Assembly: GCA_963748015.1 (NCBI GenBank)
Contig: CAVVHE010000005.1
Coordinates: 608,001-672,000, forward strand
Direction of reading: 5' to 3'
DNA from: Terriglobia bacterium
Lineage (GTDB): Bacteria > Acidobacteriota > Polarisedimenticolia > Polarisedimenticolales > JAIQFR01
DNA length: 64,000 bases
Shown here: piece after piece, positions 8,665-18,168 of the stretch
Numbering within the stretch: position 1 is the first letter of the stretch
How the letters are laid out: every line of letters begins with the position of its first letter
Program-made: the position numbers and the translations under genes
The notes under the pieces: generated by a model
Database searches by the model: none
The model's input: the letters and a program-made list of their open reading frames with translations, nothing else
Told to the model about the DNA's origin: nothing

Positions 8665-9684
8665 TCAGGGCGTGGCGTAGTACCCGTTCCGGGTGCGGAC
8701 GTAGTACCGGCCCTTGCGGGTCTCGAGCTGGATCTTCCGGTAGGCGCCGTTCCAGAGCGCCCGGGTGGGGGTGTACCCGATCAGGTACTGGAGGCGCAGC
8801 TCCTGGTCGATCCGGACGACCGCCTCCTTCAGCTCGTCCGGGTCGTGGACGGCAAAAAGGGATCCGCCGGTCTCGGCCGAGAAGCGGGTCAGGACGCTGA
8901 AGTTCGTCGCCAGCTCCTGCTCCAGCGGGAGAAGCTCTCGCGGCAGCGAGGAGAACCCCAGGGTGTAGATCGGAACGCTCGCGCGCCGCGCCAGCTCGAT
9001 CGCCCGGTCGAGGCTGGTCCGGCTCGCGTTGTCGACACCGTCGGTGATCAGGACGATCGCCTTCCGGCCGTCCGTTCCCGCCTGCACGAGGCCCGGCGCG
9101 GCCGCGACCGCGTCGTTCAGCGCCGTCTGGCCGTATCCCGTCTGGACGGCGAGGCGGTCGAGAAAGCGCTGCCGGTCCGAGGTGAACTCGGTGATCCAGG
9201 CGACCTGCTCGTCCGCGAACGCGATCAGGGCGAAACGATCCTGCGGGCGCAGGCTGTCCACGAAGTACCGGATCGCCTCCTTCGCGGCCTCGAGCTTGCC
9301 GCTGACCCGCATGCTCCCCGAGACGTCGAGGAGGAACGCGACGGCCACCGGGGCATCCGACTCCGCCGAGACGAACTGGATCTTCTGGGGAATGAAGTCC
9401 TCGAGCAGCTTGAAGTCGTCCGCCTTGAGCCCCGCGATGATGCGCCCGCGCCTGTCCTCGACCTTCGTGGGCAGCAGGACGACGCGCACCTTCTCGACCT
9501 CGACGTAGCCGCTGAGCAGCGGTTCCGTGGCGGAGCCCGGGGACGAGGCCGCCGCTGCCGCCGCGAGGGCGACGGGGGCGGCGTTCGGCCCCTCCTGTGC
9601 TCCTTCTCCCGCCGCCACCGTTCGCCAACCGGCGATTGCGATGACCACGGAAGCGATGATCGAGGTGGCGCGAGCTCGGATCAC
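8665..9684 (-). CDS. Exported VWA-domain protein (Acidobacterial VWFA-related family)
   Basis: GLKADDFKLLED, MIDAS DVSGS, TALNDA, LITDGVDNAS, QYLIGYTP, VRTRNGYY. GTG 9684 chosen as start. Confidence 0.85.
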   Translation of the reverse strand: MIRARATSIIASVVIAIAGWRTVAAGEGAQEGPNAAPVALAAAAAASSPGSATEPLLSGYVEVEKVRVVLLPTKVEDRRGRIIAGLKADDFKLLEDFIPQKIQFVSAESDAPVAVAFLLDVSGSMRVSGKLEAAKEAIRYFVDSLRPQDRFALIAFADEQVAWITEFTSDRQRFLDRLAVQTGYGQTALNDAVAAAPGLVQAGTDGRKAIVLITDGVDNASRTSLDRAIELARRASVPIYTLGFSSLPRELLPLEQELATNFSVLTRFSAETGGSLFAVHDPDELKEAVVRIDQELRLQYLIGYTPTRALWNGAYRKIQLETRKGRYYVRTRNGYYATP

Positions 9685-9715
9685 GGCTTTTCCCCTTGTC
9701 CCCCTCCCTGCAATG

Positions 9716-9731
9716 TGCAATTCCGAGGCCA
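9716..9731 (-). promoter_or_regulatory. sigma-54 (-24/-12) promoter
   Basis: Minus strand TGGCCTCGGAATTGCA (GG-N10-GC), 31 nt upstream of the VWA gene start. Confidence 0.6.
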
Positions 9732-9766
9732 TTCCGTCAAGGGAACCCGGAAACCGACGCCTCGAA

Positions 9767-11077
9767 TCAGCGCAGGGGCGAACCGGAAAGGTAGCCGTCG
9801 CCGTCGAGCTGTCCTCGAAAAGGGACGCGCCGCCAGCCGCCGCCCACGACCATGGGCCCCCGGAGCTCCAGGACCCCGGCGTCTCCCGCTCTCGCCTCGA
9901 GACCAGGAACCAGTTGGCCGGCCGTACCGGGCCGGAGCGCGTCGACCCGGCTCACCGAGACGAGCCCCGCGGCCTCGGGAAACGCCACCCCTTCGAGGAA
10001 GGGCAGGCCGAGCGAGAGAAAGAACCCGAGCTCCGAGGCAGGGAGCCGCTCCCCGAGCGACACGATCCGCGAGAGCCGCCCTCCGGTCGCCCGCGCGATC
10101 CGTCGGACGACGAGCGCCTCGGCCACCCTCCAGCCCCAGGTGCTCCCCGCGGGAAGCCGCCCCGCGGCGAGGTCGGCCGCGCCCCGCTTTTCTCCCTGTC
10201 CCATCGCGAACCGCAGCAGCTTCCCTCCCAGCCATCCCCTGGCGCCGACGGCGGCTTCGAGATGCGCTTTCAGTGTCGCGGAGAAGGCGCTCGGGACGAC
10301 GGCCAGCGTGGGGCGCAAGGCGGACAGAGCCTGTGCCAGGCTCTCCGCCAGGCCCGCGTGGCCGAGGCGCGCGCCGCGGCCGAGGCAAGCCATCGCGAGC
10401 GTGAGGTGGGCCGCGTCCGTGGCCGGCAGGGCCGAGAAGACCGTCTCGTCCCGCTCGATGCGGAGCGCGCTCGCGGTCGCCTCGGCGGCCGCGAGGAGGT
10501 TCTCATGGGTCTCGAGGAGCGTCTCTCCCCCCGTGGCGACCCGGAGGACGGCGGGCGCACGAGCGCCGCGCGGTACCTCGTCCAGCAGACCGGGCTCCCC
10601 CGCGAGGGCCTCCGATCCGGCGGCGCAGGCTCCCGCTACGGTGAGCGCGGCGGCGCGGCTCTCCCCCGGCTCGCGGAACAGGAGCACGAGATCGAGCTCG
10701 GGTAGCTCCGGCCGGATTCGCTGGATCCTGGCGAGAAGCCCGTCGTCGGAAACGAGGATCTGCCGGACGGACGCCCCGAGCAGGGTTCCGGCGAGCTCCG
10801 CGTCGGTCGTGCCCGGATCGAGTGGCACCGCGGTCCCGCCGGCACGGAGAATCGCCAGGAGCCCGAGCACGGCCTCGGCGCCGTCCGCCGTCAGGATGGC
10901 AGCGCGCGCCCCCTGCTCGAGACCGTAGGTGGCCAGGGCCGCCGCAAGCTCGGCCGACCGCCGGTCGAGATCGGCGGCGGTCAGGCCCGAGGACGCTTCC
11001 CGAACCCCCACGAGCGACGCGGTCGAAGGGCCGCGAGCGGCGTCCAGGACGAGATCGACGAAGGTGCGGGAGTGCAT
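9767..11077 (-). CDS. AMP-binding (long-chain acyl-CoA synthetase-like) protein with degenerate motifs and short C-terminus
   Basis: FACL-like layout (GGTAVPLD, THENL, LRPT..VP, GGRL, PGTAGQLVPG, LRGPMV, DGYL) but no TSGTTGxPKG loop and no C-terminal subdomain. Confidence 0.75.
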   Translation of the reverse strand: MHSRTFVDLVLDAARGPSTASLVGVREASSGLTAADLDRRSAELAAALATYGLEQGARAAILTADGAEAVLGLLAILRAGGTAVPLDPGTTDAELAGTLLGASVRQILVSDDGLLARIQRIRPELPELDLVLLFREPGESRAAALTVAGACAAGSEALAGEPGLLDEVPRGARAPAVLRVATGGETLLETHENLLAAAEATASALRIERDETVFSALPATDAAHLTLAMACLGRGARLGHAGLAESLAQALSALRPTLAVVPSAFSATLKAHLEAAVGARGWLGGKLLRFAMGQGEKRGAADLAAGRLPAGSTWGWRVAEALVVRRIARATGGRLSRIVSLGERLPASELGFFLSLGLPFLEGVAFPEAAGLVSVSRVDALRPGTAGQLVPGLEARAGDAGVLELRGPMVVGGGWRRVPFRGQLDGDGYLSGSPLR

Positions 11078-11153
11078 TACGGGTCTTGAGGTCGGTCACG
11101 CCGCCCTGCGCCCGGGAGAAGCTCCCGGGCGCCGGGCGGCCGATTCTCGTGGC

Positions 11154-12497
11154 TCAGAAGCGCCAGGTCAGGCTTGCTCCGAACAGGTGGATGAAGGACT
11201 CGTACGATCCGTCGATGACGCCGTCCACCTTCTGGTACGGGTTCGCGCTCGGCTTGCCGTTGGCTGCCCCCTTGGCGTTCCGGGTCTGGAAGAAGAGCGG
11301 CATGTAATACGCGTCGATGCCGAAGCTCTTGCCGCTGTATCCGTAGCCCAGGGTGACCGACCAGCGGTCGCCGTCGGGAATGGACGGCCGCAGGGTCTCG
11401 TCCGGGATCGGGTTGGTGTCCCACAGGGCGCCGAACCGCAACTCCTGCTTCTCCACGACCCTCCACGCCGCGCCGACGCGCAGGGCGTAGGTGTCCTTCC
11501 AGTTCTCCACCTGCGTGATGTCGGCGACGACGTCGATCGGCCCGGCCGGACCGGGAACGCTCGTCTCGTTCTCGAAGTCGAGGAAGAGCTTCTCGAAGCT
11601 CGACCATTGCGCGTACGAGATGTCCCCCTCGAGCTGCCACTTGTCGTTCAGCTGGTACCCGACGCCGATCGCCGCCTCCGCCGGGAGGTCCACCGTCGTC
11701 TTGCCAGGGCCGTTCGGGAACAGGGCGGTGAGCGCGGGGTGCACCCCGGAGAACGCCACGTTGCCCTTGATCTCGGGCGAGAGCGCCGAGCGGTAGGTCA
11801 AGCCGAAGGTCCAAGGATCGCCCTTGAACTGGGTCGCGACGTTCCAGCCCCAGGCGTTCCCGTCCCCGGTCAGGTTCGATTGGCCGACGACGGTCCCCGG
11901 CGGCTGGCTGAGCAGGGCGCTCTGGTCGAACTCCTTCGAGAATTCACTCACGTCCGCCCACATGTAGTCGACCCCGAGCGCGACCGACCACTTGTCGTTG
12001 ATCTCGAACGCCAGGTTGGGATTCGCCACGAGGGTCACCAGCTCGACCCTCTTGCTGGAGTAGGTGACCGGGCGGTCCTTCCACTGGGTCGAGAGGCCGA
12101 ACGGCGCGGTGATGCCGAAGCCGAAGGCCAGGCGGTCGCTGATGTGCGTCCCGACGTAGAGGTTGATCGGCGTGCCGGTTTCCTGCTCGGTCTTGTACGT
12201 CTGCGGGGTGTCCTCGCCGACGAGAGCGAGCCAAGCGGGATCGGTGGCGTTGAGCTTCGTGTCGATCCCGATCGTGATCAAGTTGAAGCCGAACTGGACG
12301 TGCGTCCCGTCGAGCCGGGTCAGGGCCGCCGGGTTGTACCAGTTCGCGGCCACGTCGTCGGCTCTCGCCACCCATGCCCCCGCCTGTCCCGACGCCTTGG
12401 CACTCTGCTCGAAGACGCTGAAGCCGGAGGCCAGCGCGGGCAGCGCGCCCGCGAGCACCAGCACCGCCGCCAGAACCCAGAAACTCCCTCTTCTCAT
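11154..12497 (-). CDS. fadL: OmpP1/FadL/TodX family outer-membrane transporter of hydrophobic compounds
   Basis: Signal peptide, then SGFSVFEQSAKASGQAGA, YNPA motif, APFGL, SIPDGDR, terminal TWRF. Confidence 0.9.
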   Translation of the reverse strand: MRRGSFWVLAAVLVLAGALPALASGFSVFEQSAKASGQAGAWVARADDVAANWYNPAALTRLDGTHVQFGFNLITIGIDTKLNATDPAWLALVGEDTPQTYKTEQETGTPINLYVGTHISDRLAFGFGITAPFGLSTQWKDRPVTYSSKRVELVTLVANPNLAFEINDKWSVALGVDYMWADVSEFSKEFDQSALLSQPPGTVVGQSNLTGDGNAWGWNVATQFKGDPWTFGLTYRSALSPEIKGNVAFSGVHPALTALFPNGPGKTTVDLPAEAAIGVGYQLNDKWQLEGDISYAQWSSFEKLFLDFENETSVPGPAGPIDVVADITQVENWKDTYALRVGAAWRVVEKQELRFGALWDTNPIPDETLRPSIPDGDRWSVTLGYGYSGKSFGIDAYYMPLFFQTRNAKGAANGKPSANPYQKVDGVIDGSYESFIHLFGASLTWRF

Positions 12498-12676
12498 CGT
12501 TGCCCCCTTGCCCCTGGCCCCTTCCGGGGACCCCTCGCAGCACCCGGTTCTCCGGCAAGACCTCGAAGTCCGGAAAAAAACGGGGGCCAGGATAGCACGG
12601 GGCCGGGGCCATCCCCCGGTTTCTGCACCGATGCAGCACGAATGACGCCCCCGGGTCCCAGGCCTGCCGGAGTAGC

Positions 12677-12705
12677 TTGACTCCGCCCCCGGTTCCCCAT
12701 ATAAA
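12677..12705 (+). promoter_or_regulatory. sigma-70 promoter for the barrel/TPR/Omp85 operon
   Basis: TTGACT-17 nt-TATAAA. Confidence 0.65.
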
Positions 12706-12787
12706 GACACCTTTCTGTTACCGGGCCGTGGAGAAGGTCCTCCCGCGACGCGTGTGCGGAAGTCGGGGCGGAACGGAGGCGATTGTC

Positions 12788-14044
12788 ATGTCCTGGAAGC
12801 GGTTGGTTGCGTTGTCGGGCTTACTCCTTGCGATCGCCCTCTCCGGCCCCGCCGCGCTCGCGGCGGAGGAACCCGGTACCGGCTCGAAGCCGGCGGGCGA
12901 GGAAAAGCCGGCGCAGACCGCCACGCCGCCGCCGGCCGCCCCCGCAACGCACTGGTGGGGCGACCGCTTTTCCCTCTACATCGAGGCGAACACGGGCGGC
13001 GCGAGCACGGCCCGCGACATCGACTCGTCGGTCTACACGTCGGCCAAGGTGAACTCGCTGAGCTCGCTCAACCTCAACGAGATGGACTACGGCCGCCTCG
13101 CCGTCGGCTGGAAGCTTCCCGTGGAGAAGGGGATCCTCCAGATCGTCTGGAGCGGGTTCGCCGAGACGAGCTACTCCTTCCAGGCGAGCGGCTACCAAGC
13201 GGCGGCGCGGCTCAGGGTGGACGGAGAGGTCACCGACGCCGTCCGCGGCCTGCAGAACCCCGTCGTCTGGTGGCAGGTCAACGTGGACAACGGGAATCTC
13301 AACGCCCTCCAGAGCATTCCGATCGTGGAAGAGGATGGGACCACCATCTCGTACGAGTACGACAACCCCGCCCTCAACACGACCCTCCAGAACACGATCT
13401 CCTCCGATCTCCTGAACAAGGCGCAAACCCTCGATTTCCTCTACCAGCGGGAGTTCGGCGGGCGAACGTTCAAGGGCCGGTGGTCGGCCGGACTTCGCTA
13501 CTTCTCGTTCCACGGGACGCTCCCCGCGGCCGCCTGGCTCAACAACGCGGACTTCGGCGGCGTCGGCTACACGGACGGCACTTACGTCCACCTCCTGCCG
13601 CTCGAGGAGTCGGCCAAGTCCTGGGGTCCCACGGGGTCGCTCGAGGCGCAGTATCGCCTTTTCCGCAACCGGCTTTCGTTCTATCTGCAGGGTCGGTTCG
13701 CGTTCGTCTACCAAACGCTGGAGTCGGACACCCAGGATTTCTTCACCCTGGTCACGGACGCCACCGCCGGAACCATCTACCCGGTCCCGTCGCGGCTCGT
13801 CGAAACTCGATCGAAGACCTCCTGGCAGGTAACGGGCGAGGTGGGCGTGAGGGCGAGGGTCGTGGAGGGGCTGCAGTTCGAGGCCGGCTACGGGCAGACT
13901 TCCTTCCAGGACTGCATCCTCGTGCCGACCACCCTCCTGATCCCGAAGCAAATCAAGGAGGCTCCCGCCGGAACGTCCGCGCTCTACAACACGCGCGACT
14001 TCCTCGTGGACGTCTGGCACGCCGGGTTCTCGTACCAGTTCTGA
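12788..14044 (+). CDS. Uncharacterised outer-membrane beta-barrel protein
   Basis: RBS GGAGG, signal peptide (ALA), strands such as WSAGLRY, WGPTGSLEAQY and FEAGY, C-terminal GFSYQF. Confidence 0.7.
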   Translation: MSWKRLVALSGLLLAIALSGPAALAAEEPGTGSKPAGEEKPAQTATPPPAAPATHWWGDRFSLYIEANTGGASTARDIDSSVYTSAKVNSLSSLNLNEMDYGRLAVGWKLPVEKGILQIVWSGFAETSYSFQASGYQAAARLRVDGEVTDAVRGLQNPVVWWQVNVDNGNLNALQSIPIVEEDGTTISYEYDNPALNTTLQNTISSDLLNKAQTLDFLYQREFGGRTFKGRWSAGLRYFSFHGTLPAAAWLNNADFGGVGYTDGTYVHLLPLEESAKSWGPTGSLEAQYRLFRNRLSFYLQGRFAFVYQTLESDTQDFFTLVTDATAGTIYPVPSRLVETRSKTSWQVTGEVGVRARVVEGLQFEAGYGQTSFQDCILVPTTLLIPKQIKEAPAGTSALYNTRDFLVDVWHAGFSYQF

Positions 14045-14054
14045 CCCGGAGGCG

Positions 14055-15128
14055 GTGCATCCCATGGGCATCCTGCCGGCCGGCGGGGTTCGTCTCGGCG
14101 GGTGCGCCGCGCGCAGGCGCCTCCGAGCGGCCCTGCTCCTTCTCGCGGTCCTCGCCGCGGCGACGGTCCGCGCGGTCGCGACCGAGGCGGACCTCCAGGA
14201 GATCTTGCGCTTCGCCGTCCAGGTCGCCCAGAAGGGGGACTGGCGCGAGGCGCGGTACCGGTGGGAGCAGGCGGCAAAGCTGGACCCCGACAATCCGCGC
14301 ATCCTGAACAACCTGGCCGTCGCCAGCGAGGTCCTCGGCGACGCGGAAAAGGCCCGGCAGCTCTACCAGCGCGCGCTCCAGGCCGGAGGGCGCGACTCGC
14401 GGATCGAGGACAACGCCGCGCGGGCCGCGCTGTTCCAGCGGGCCGCGGGGGGAGCCGCGGCGTCCAAGGAAACGGGGGCGCCCGCTCCCGACGCCCCGCC
14501 TTCCCGCGGAACCAAGCGCGGCGGGGTCCGCGTCGACGTGAAGCTGCCGCTCCCGGCCCGTCTCGATCTCTCCGGCGACAAGAGCATTCTCGTGGCGAGC
14601 TTCCTGAGCAACGAGACGGAGCTGCTCGACACCGGCCGCGAGATCGTGCGCTTCCTCCGGGCCGAGCTCCACAAGCACACCGCGCTCAAGGTCCGCGACG
14701 TCACGCCCCCGCCCGCGGTGCCCGAGCAGACGGTGGAGGACTTCGTCGCGAACGCGGAGTTCTGGAAGCACCTCGGCCGCGAGTACGAGGTCGACCTGGT
14801 GCTGTCGGGGGTCGTGAAGTACGGGAAGCGCGATGCCTCGGGGTTCGGCGACGTGGACACGATCAGCCCGGTGACCGGCCAGAAGGTGCGGCAGACGAGG
14901 TTCATCGAGCAGGAGCAGTTCACCTTCGAGGTCGAGATCTTCTTCTTCGACGCCAAGGCGGGGAGCCTCCTGTTCCGGGACCGTTTCCAGCGGAGCGCGC
15001 TCTACCGGGGGCTTTCGAACGATCCGATCACCGCCTTCTACGACCTCAGCGAGACGATCGCGGGAGACGTGCTCGCCGTGGTCTCGCCGCGGAACCGCGA
15101 CGACAGCCGGCTGATCTTCAAGAACTAG
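14055..15128 (+). CDS. Exported TPR protein fused to a CsgG/LpoB-like alpha/beta domain
   Basis: TPRs (WREARYRWEQAAKLDPDNPRILNNLAV), linker, then ILVASF...DLVLSG...FDAKAGSLLF. Start uncertain (14055 or 14064). Confidence 0.7.
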   Translation: MHPMGILPAGGVRLGGCAARRRLRAALLLLAVLAAATVRAVATEADLQEILRFAVQVAQKGDWREARYRWEQAAKLDPDNPRILNNLAVASEVLGDAEKARQLYQRALQAGGRDSRIEDNAARAALFQRAAGGAAASKETGAPAPDAPPSRGTKRGGVRVDVKLPLPARLDLSGDKSILVASFLSNETELLDTGREIVRFLRAELHKHTALKVRDVTPPPAVPEQTVEDFVANAEFWKHLGREYEVDLVLSGVVKYGKRDASGFGDVDTISPVTGQKVRQTRFIEQEQFTFEVEIFFFDAKAGSLLFRDRFQRSALYRGLSNDPITAFYDLSETIAGDVLAVVSPRNRDDSRLIFKN

Positions 15129-15204
15129 AAACGCTTCCGGGAGCGCCGGCTCGGTTGTCACCCGGCCGCCCTGGCCGGATAATGGCCGATGACGGGAGGC
15201 GTCG

Positions 15205-18168
15205 ATGAAGTTGTCGCTCCGCTGCGCGGCCGCCCTGGTGCTCGCCCTGGGTCTTACGACCCTCCCTGCGGGAGCGCAGTTCGGCCAGAACAAGATCGCC
15301 TACGAGCGCTTCGAGTGGAAGACCTATCCGTCGCCCCACTTCGACGTGTACTACTACGAGGCGGAGGCGGACCTCCTCCAGGACGTGGTTTCCTACGCCG
15401 AGAGCGCTTACGTCAGGATCAGCAAGGACCTGGATCACGAGCTCCGCTCTCGCATCCCCCTGGTGATCTACAAGACCCACGCCGAGTTCGAGCAGACCAA
15501 CATCACGATGGAGGAGCTGCCCGAGGCGGTGGGAGCCTTCGCCGAGCCGATCCAGAACCGCATGGTGATCCCGCTCGACGAGCCCCCGGACCGGCTGTTC
15601 ACGCTGATCGCCCACGAGCTGACCCACATCTTCCAGTACTCGCTCTTCTACGAGGGGTACCTCGGTCGCGCGCTGCGCTCGAACCCGCCGGCCTGGATCA
15701 TGGAGGGGATGGCCTCGTACTTCGGCCAGGACGAGGACAGCTTCGACCGGATGGTGATCCGCGACGCGGTGGTGAACAACATCCTGCCCCCGATCCAGGC
15801 GCTGACGTATCCCTCGTTTCTCGCCTACCGCTTCGGCCATGCGGTCTTCGATTTCATCGAGCAGGAGTTCGGCAAGGAAGGTCTCCGGAACTTCATCTAC
15901 GAGTACCGAAAGGTGCTGCTGACCAACAACGTCGAGAAGGCGGTGAAGGAGGCGTTCGGCTTCGACCTGGACGAGTTCAACCGCCGGTTCAACCGGTTCC
16001 TGCGGCGGAAGTACTTCCCAGTCCTCCTCGAGAAGAAGGTGCCGGAAGACTACGGGAAGGAGATCGGGATGAAGAAGGAGGGCGTGTTCACCTTCTCCCC
16101 CACGCTCTCCCCGTCCGGCCAGCTGGTGGCCGCGCTCGCCACCCCGAAGATGGAGCTCGACCTCGTGGTCCTGTCCGCCGAGGACGGCTCCGTCATCCGC
16201 AACCTCACGAAGGGCTGGACCAACCGGTACGAGTACCTCGTGGCGGAGGCGTTCAGCGGACGCCGGGACCTCTCCTGGTCGCCCGAGGAGGACGAGATCG
16301 CGGTGTTCGCGCGGCGGGAGAATATCCGGCCCCTCCTGCTGTTCGACGCGCTCACGGGACGGCTGCTCCGCAGGATCCCGCTGCCGGGGATCGCCCAGTG
16401 CAAGAGTCCGGTGTTCTCGCCGGACGGCAAGCGGGTCGCGTTCGAGGGAAACAAGGACGGGGTCGTGGACCTCTTCGAGCTGGACATCGCCACCGGCTCG
16501 GTCCGCAACCTGACCCAGGACGAGTTCTACGACGCCAACCCCTGGTACCTCGCCGACGGCAAGACGCTGGTGTACAACCGCAGGATCGGCCCCTACTGGA
16601 AGATCTTCCAAGTGGACCTTCAGGATCCTTCCCGGAAAACCCAGCTCACGTTCGGCCCGTCCCTCGACATCCAGCCCGCCATGTCGCGCGACGGCAAGAC
16701 CCTGTTCTTCTCGTCGGACCGTGGGACGAGCGGCGTCTTCAACATCTTCGCCCTCGACCTCGGGTCGGGGGAACTGCGCCAGTACACCGACGTGGTCGGC
16801 GGCTGCTTCACCCCCGTAGAGATGGCGGAGCGGGACGGCGAGCCCTACCTCGTGTTCTCGTCGTTCTTCCAGGGGACTTTCCGGCTGTTCCGGATGCCGC
16901 TCAGGCAACCCGAGGCGAGGATCGCTCCCCCGTCCGCTCCGGAGCCGGCGGCCGAGATCCGGCCGTTCGAGCCGCCGCTCGCCCTGACCGTGGACGCGGG
17001 GAAGATCGGTCCGTTCAAGAACCGCTGGAGCATCGACGCGCCGTACGTTTCGGTCGGGGTCACGGACGACGGGACATTCCTGGCGAACGCCGCGATCCAG
17101 TTCACCGACCTCCTCGGCGACCAGCGGGTCTTCTTCAATGCGTACAGCGTCGCTAGCTTCTCGAACCTCATGGCGCAGTACCTGAATCTCCGGCACCGCC
17201 TGCGCTGGGGCGCCATCGTGTACGACTACCGGGACTACTACGCCCAGGTCTACTCCAGCGGCTACACCTCCCAGCAGGACCAGATACAGCGAACGACGGG
17301 CGCCACCTTCTTCGTCCAGTACCCAATGAGCCGCCACTACCGCCTCGACGGGTCCGTGGGCCTCATGGACCGCGCGCAGGACTACATCGTGGGCGCGTCG
17401 CCGATCACCGGGGCCCCTGTCACCGAGTCCGTCGTCGACCGGTTCGTTCTCCTCGGCACCACGCTCACCGGCGACACGACACGCTTCCAGGAGTGGGGGG
17501 CTTTCCAGGGGAAGCGCTTCACCCTGGGGGTCCTTTACGGGGCCAACGCCGGCGGCGACGTCCCGGGAGACCTCCTCGAGTATTCGACGGACTTCCGGGC
17601 CTACAAGCAGCTGACCCGCCGCTCGCTGCTGGCGTGGAGGCTCGCGGCCGCGGTCAGCGCGGGCGCACGGCCGACCTACTATTCGCTGGGCGGGATCAAC
17701 CAGCTGCGCGGGTACGACTTCCGCGACTACTTCGGGACGCGCGTCGCCTGGAGCAATCTCGAGCTACGCTTCCCGCTGGTCGACCAGATGAGCTTCCCCT
17801 TCGGCGCGATCCGATCGATCCGGGGATTCCTCTTCATGGACGTCGGGGCAGCCTGGTCCGAGAGCGGGGTGTTCTACGACCCCGAGCTCGGGTACGGGGC
17901 CATCCGGATCGACCCGCAGACCGGAAAGCCGATCAAGTTCTCGATGTGGGACTCCGACAACAGCCGGTTCATGGACGGCCGCGGCTCCTACGGCTGGGGG
18001 TTCCAGTTCATGTTCGTCGGCGGCCTCCAGTTCAACTGGACCTGGGCGCAGCGGATGGCGTACACCCGCTACGAGCCGGCGCTCGACGGCGACCAGATCG
18101 TCCTGGTTCCGAAGAAGGGGGACGTGGACGGCTGGCGTTACTCGTTCTACATCGTTTACGATTTTTAG
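15205..18168 (+). CDS. Gluzincin (MA-clan) peptidase + PD40/TolB beta-propeller + Omp85/BamA-type barrel
   Basis: AQFGQNK N-terminus; HELTH...WIMEGMASY; repeated SPDG/WSP blades; Omp85 loop-6 motif GGINQLRGY, ELRFP, FMDVGAAW; terminal F. Confidence 0.85.
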   Translation: MKLSLRCAAALVLALGLTTLPAGAQFGQNKIAYERFEWKTYPSPHFDVYYYEAEADLLQDVVSYAESAYVRISKDLDHELRSRIPLVIYKTHAEFEQTNITMEELPEAVGAFAEPIQNRMVIPLDEPPDRLFTLIAHELTHIFQYSLFYEGYLGRALRSNPPAWIMEGMASYFGQDEDSFDRMVIRDAVVNNILPPIQALTYPSFLAYRFGHAVFDFIEQEFGKEGLRNFIYEYRKVLLTNNVEKAVKEAFGFDLDEFNRRFNRFLRRKYFPVLLEKKVPEDYGKEIGMKKEGVFTFSPTLSPSGQLVAALATPKMELDLVVLSAEDGSVIRNLTKGWTNRYEYLVAEAFSGRRDLSWSPEEDEIAVFARRENIRPLLLFDALTGRLLRRIPLPGIAQCKSPVFSPDGKRVAFEGNKDGVVDLFELDIATGSVRNLTQDEFYDANPWYLADGKTLVYNRRIGPYWKIFQVDLQDPSRKTQLTFGPSLDIQPAMSRDGKTLFFSSDRGTSGVFNIFALDLGSGELRQYTDVVGGCFTPVEMAERDGEPYLVFSSFFQGTFRLFRMPLRQPEARIAPPSAPEPAAEIRPFEPPLALTVDAGKIGPFKNRWSIDAPYVSVGVTDDGTFLANAAIQFTDLLGDQRVFFNAYSVASFSNLMAQYLNLRHRLRWGAIVYDYRDYYAQVYSSGYTSQQDQIQRTTGATFFVQYPMSRHYRLDGSVGLMDRAQDYIVGASPITGAPVTESVVDRFVLLGTTLTGDTTRFQEWGAFQGKRFTLGVLYGANAGGDVPGDLLEYSTDFRAYKQLTRRSLLAWRLAAAVSAGARPTYYSLGGINQLRGYDFRDYFGTRVAWSNLELRFPLVDQMSFPFGAIRSIRGFLFMDVGAAWSESGVFYDPELGYGAIRIDPQTGKPIKFSMWDSDNSRFMDGRGSYGWGFQFMFVGGLQFNWTWAQRMAYTRYEPALDGDQIVLVPKKGDVDGWRYSFYIVYDF

